The notes under the pieces were generated by a model. The model had not been told where the DNA came from and made no database searches. It saw nothing but the letters and a program-made list of their open reading frames with translations. Shown here piece by piece: positions 62,836 through 64,000 of a stretch of 64,000 nucleotides of DNA. The position numbers and the translations under genes are program-made. Positions within the stretch are counted from its first letter, which is position 1. Every line of letters starts with the position of its first letter. The DNA comes from Paraspadella gotoi. Its lineage: Eukaryota > Animalia > Chaetognatha. Location of the stretch: NCBI GenBank assembly GCA_051294375.1, contig CM119264.1:3143575-3207574 (forward strand), given 5' to 3'.

Positions 62836-64000
62836 TTTCATTTCTCTCTGATTGAATTTTAATAGTTTAAATAAAAATTACAAAATTTTTAGTTTTAGAT
62901 AACAAAAATACGTTTTGTGTGTTTTTTTTTTCTAAGAACTTCACGCCTTCAAAGTTTATATACTACTATGTTCATGTCTCTGATAAAAATTTCAAAAATG
63001 TTTTTCAAATATTCTCAAGTTTACCAGTTTTCTTTTTCTCATTTTTTTCTTGAGAGCTCTTCACAATTAAAAAAAAAAATTATCACAATCTCTTTTGCAC
63101 TCACGAAATATGTTAATAAAAAAAAGGAATAGTCATTGTTGTCACCCCATTAAAACTTTATTTCGTTAAATATTTCAGATTTAACAAATAGAAAGATGGT
63201 ACACAATTACATTGTGTGAGATTGTCAATATATTCAAAGAATTTTTTAAAAAATTCAGGCTCGAATATTTCCCGTCAGAGTTTTTGTTTCCATCGCGGAT
63301 CCGAACATTCGACGGAGAAAGAAAACCTTAAATATTTTTCGTACTTATCTAAAAAATATGATGTTTTAGACAACCCTTTCAAAAGCACGATATATAGTCA
63401 CTGAATTTTTTTTATTTCTGCATAGTCTCCGCCACGTTAACTTGCAAGTTAAATATGATGAGTAGTTGGTGCCTTTCTATTCAACCATGAGTCAAAAAAC
63501 CTGAATCTCAAAATTTTTGATTAATACGACGTATATGTAATCAAAATTAATTTATTTTGATTAATATCACATATAAGCAATTGCATAGCCTCGACCATTT
63601 TCTCTTTCCTCCCCTACAGTAACCATTACTGCACTCAGTCGGTTCCTCAAAAAGAAGAATCCTGACGGAATTTTCAAATTCGAGAAGGTCTACTATGTAA
63701 GAATAATAATGATTGATTGAGTATTATACTAATCAATGTTTAAATATACAGTGAAATTTACAAAAGGTCACCCATTCTCTAATTCGTTCGAAGTCTGACC
63801 ACCGAGAAAAGAATAAACAAAAGACGCGTGCAATTAATCATGTAATTAACATTTCGTCAATTTAATCTATTGTAACTGTATTCTGCGACATTTAATACAA
63901 TTTTTGTCACACATTTTAATTAAACAATTCAAAACGACTTTGTATTCCTTAAATAAGTTTCGAAAAAAAAAACATTTTAAAGTTATCAATTGTAATGAAA

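Noticed and set aside
63619-63820. Two small exon-like segments near the window end
   Set aside because: Acceptor and donor motifs exist, but the obvious in-phase join runs into an immediate stop and the peptide is not recognisable; too little support.

Overview
AT-rich, intron-containing eukaryotic DNA, probably from an invertebrate animal (inferred from GT-AG introns, interstitial TTAGGG arrays and the transposon types), with two short N gaps near 53.5 kb. The main host content is a cluster of four paralogous multi-pass membrane genes with an XK-related (Xkr scramblase-like) N-terminal half (DxxTD and ESFPQxxxQ motifs). Phase-consistent splicing gives proteins of about 775-833 aa. Copy A is on the minus strand (10425-4417). 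Divergent copy B (18673-23229) has different intron positions, copy C (30356-41173) is frameshifted, and copy D spans 51314-59099. A and C belong to a large inverted segmental duplication around B, which preserves empty pre-insertion sites for several mobile elements. The most unusual mobile DNA is a set of at least three families of miniature LTR retroelements whose LTRs carry tRNA-like Pol III A/B boxes. One complete 636-bp copy has a tRNA-Trp-type PBS, a PPT, a 4-bp TSD and an empty paralogous site. There is also a 117-bp head-to-head LTR-end palindrome with its own TSD, and an apparent chimera with two unrelated LTRs inside one TSD. Other content: Penelope-type minimal hammerhead ribozymes (several in inverted pairs), many Helentron/HINE-like elements, Tc1, hAT and Kolobok-like MITEs, TTAGGG-filled elements, a decayed Gypsy integrase and an approximately 250-bp satellite. 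All alignments, foldings and family calls were made by eye; no searches were run.
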